NCBI RefSeq assembly: GCF_009914755.1
Contig: NC_060940.1
Direction: 5' to 3' (one strand)
DNA from: the human T2T-CHM13v2.0 reference genome, Homo sapiens
Length of the DNA: 64,000 nucleotides
Made by a program: the position numbers and the translations under genes. Positions 61,293-64,000 of the stretch are shown piece by piece (the first letter of the stretch is position 1; each line of letters begins with the position of its first letter). The notes beneath the pieces were generated by a model. The model worked only from the letters and a program-made list of their open reading frames with translations, did no database searches and had not been told where the DNA came from.

Positions 61293-63271
61293 TAAGTGTT
61301 GTTTCTGCACCATGGTATACCCAGGTCATTTCCTCACCCCAATGGTAGCATGTGTCCAGATGTTGGCTACAGTCCCCGGTGTCTGCAGGCATTTCTGTGA
61401 AACTGCCCAAGAATGAGTATATATCCTGCATGCTGCCAGTGCCTTCAGTAGAGTTACGTGGCTCACACTGAGTGTCTGCCCAGGTCCTTCACCTTCTTAC
61501 TCGTAGTCGACGGTAGTGGTTTGGAAACCTGCCGTCGTGTGTGGGCAGAAGTGTTGGGGTTTTGATTGTGGGTAGATCAAGGATGTTTTCATATGCTGTT
61601 GTTCACGCCTTCCCTGGATTTCTAACAGGTTTTGCTTTATATTTTACTTTACATTTTTGGTGTTGATGGGTTTCTTCGGGAATATTAATTAAAAATAGAC
61701 TTTAAAATGTCACTTTGTCATCTGCATTTCTCTGAGCTGAGGGTTCCACCTCGTCCCACCCTTTGTTTGCATCTGCTTGGTCTGTCTTGGTCATTTCTTT
61801 ATATTTTTGCATGGTTTTATTTCTGCAAATTATAATTATTAATAGTAATTAGTATTATAACTGTTAATACTGATTACTCGTAGTAATTAGTTGACAATAA
61901 TTGCCTTTATTATTTTTATAGTATTATTAAACTTTTTTGTTTATTTATTTCTTTAAAAATTTAAGTCCTACCAAAAGACTTACATGGAGAAGCCACAGTT
62001 TCCTTTTTATTCATTCCTTGTCCTGCTCCTCCAAGACAAAGACCTGGCCTGTTTCCATTTCTCCTTCTGGTGGTTCTCTCAGAAGCTCAGAATAACAGGC
62101 ACTGCTTTCTCTTGGGTCCTTGACTTCCTACTACGACAGCCCGGTCAGCTCATCGCCCCCGCACTTCAGCACACTCCTCCCATTGCTCAGGGCGCCTGCC
62201 AGCCTTCAGAGCTCCTCCAGGCTCCTGTCCCCTGCCCCCTCCTGGCATCTGCCCAGGCTGCCTCGTTGGGTCTGTTCTGGAGGCTTCCTTACTTGTTTTG
62301 TGGGATAGCTCACCGCAGGTCAGGCCATCCCTGGGATTCTGTACATCTGGCCCAGGAGAGTGCTGAAGGGCTGACTCTCCTAGGCCTGGGCGTGTGCTAC
62401 AGGCAGGAGAAGCAGGCTGGGGCCACCTTCATGTCAGGAGGGCCCACCACACTGGCCTCCACTCTGCGGTGGCTGAACTGTGGGGAGCCCGGGGCCAGGG
62501 CAGGGATGGCCCCGTGGGAAGGGAGCTGCACCGTGCTGATGGTGACCGTGGGCATGGCTGCTGCTGTCTGTGCTGCCGCGGCTGCCACGCCCCACCTGTC
62601 TGGTGCCTGTGTGCTCAGGCAGAGTGCCCTGACCTCTGTTATTTGGGGGTCTCTGCCACAGGGGTCAGGCCCACTCTAAGCACTGGTCAGCTGGTATCTG
62701 AGCTGGGCAGGTGGGGCAGCATGGAAAAGGCATGGAGCTGCTGTTACCTCAGAGATGGTTGGTTTCTTAAGTTGAGTGATGGGCATGTGGATATTAGTAC
62801 GTTGTTCTCTTTCTTTTCGTTTTCTTTTTTTATTTTCCTCTTGAGACAGGGCCTTGCTCTGTCGTCCAGGCTGGAGTGCTGGGATCACAGGTGCAGGCCA
62901 TCACGCCAGGCTAATTTTTAAAACCCTTTGTAGAAATGGGGTTTTGCTGTCTTGCCCAGGCCAGTCTCGAACTCCTGGGTTCAAGAAATTCTCCCATCTT
63001 GGCCTCTCAAAGTGCTGGGATTACAGGTGTGAGCCCCCGTGCCCAGCCAGAATTGTTTCTTTCTCTCTATGGGGCCCTCCCTGCTGCACCCGTCCCACAG
63101 CAGTTGCTGACGCTTGTTTGCATCCTGTCCTTAATGCGTCCCCACCCTGCCCCACATGCCTTCTCTGCCCCTCAGTTTTGCTTCCACAGCCCGTGCAGGG
63201 ATCAGGCAGCCAAGCCTTGGTCCCCACACGCCACAGGAAGTAAAGCTGTACCTGTGTCCCGTTCTCCCCAG

Positions 63272-63354
63272 GCCACGGCAGAGACAACGTGTGTACCCCA
63301 AGTGCACATGGCTGACCACCCCTAAAAGCACCTGGCCCCGCTACAGCAAACCAG
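63272..63354 (+). CDS. TCF25: TCF25 exon 6 (83 nt; [28 protein letters not shown]); the gene continues beyond the window
   Basis: ccccag|GCCA...ACCAG|gtgagg. Confidence 0.93.
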
Positions 63355-64000
63355 GTGAGGGTCTGCAGATGCTGCTGGGGATGGAGGGTTGGGGGGCGTT
63401 GTCTGTGCACTGGCCCCGGTACAGCAAACCAGGTGAGGGTCTGCAGAGGCTGCTGGGGGTGGAGGGCGGCGGGGGGGTGTGTTCTGTGCACTGGCCTGCG
63501 CTGGGCACCAGGGGCGTCAGTGCCTCTTGAGCCGAGACTCTTTGCTCCAGGAGCGCTCCAGGAGTGTGCAGTGTGTGACTGTTTGTTGCCACACTGAGGG
63601 CCTGAGTGCTGGAGGCCTGGCCCAGTACCTCAACACGGAGCCTCCCAGGCACAGTCTTTGTGTGACTGTCTTTTAACGCAGGTTCTTCCTACCATTCTGC
63701 CATCGACCTTTCCCTTATGGAAGCAATCGAGTTCATTTTAAACTGCAATATTTTGTATATTATTGCAAACTAATAAGTGATTTTAAGATGAATTGCAACA
63801 GTGAAGACAGGCATGGAGTGTTGGGTGCTTGGTTGTGTGGTGTGGGGAAGTGTCAGGAGGCCTTCCACACTGGCCTCCACTCTGCAGTGGCTGAACTGTG
63901 GGGGCCCTCAGGGGCCAGGGCAAGGACAGCTTGTGGGAAGGGAGCTGTGTGGTGCCCTTGGTGATCGGCATGGCTGCTGCTGTCAGCGCTGCCATGGCTC

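Overview
Human (primate) genomic DNA: GC-rich, very Alu-dense and minisatellite-rich. I recognise it as the SPIRE2-TCF25 locus (16q24.3 by recall). The window opens inside SPIRE2 intron 1 and contains SPIRE2 coding exons 2-15 on the + strand (KIND remainder, four WH2 motifs, Spir-box, modified FYVE zinc finger; stop at 41309-41311, AATAAA at 42338). A CpG-island promoter follows about 2.3 kb later, then TCF25 (Rqc1 homologue) coding exons 1-6 on the + strand. I traced every exon boundary in the sequence and the reading phases are consistent. Five large VNTRs (66, 44, 39/40, 42 and 19/20 bp units) explain most of the long ORFs, and Alus explain many of the rest. The most notable signal is that short tandem duplications repeatedly copy real splice sites. 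Examples are five stacked acceptors at SPIRE2 exon 7 (at the WH2-C/linker-3 junction), an identical in-frame second donor at TCF25 exon 6, and duplicated donors at SPIRE2 exons 3 and 5. Other points of interest are a GC-AG intron, a 28-nt FYVE microexon inside an old tandem duplication, an Alu-spacer-Alu block flanked by a single TSD, a candidate poison exon and a poly(A)/polybasic track in TCF25, and an E-box array VNTR. I see no bacterial-type systems, RNA genes or CRISPR arrays. Repeat-family calls and repeat boundaries are by eye and approximate.
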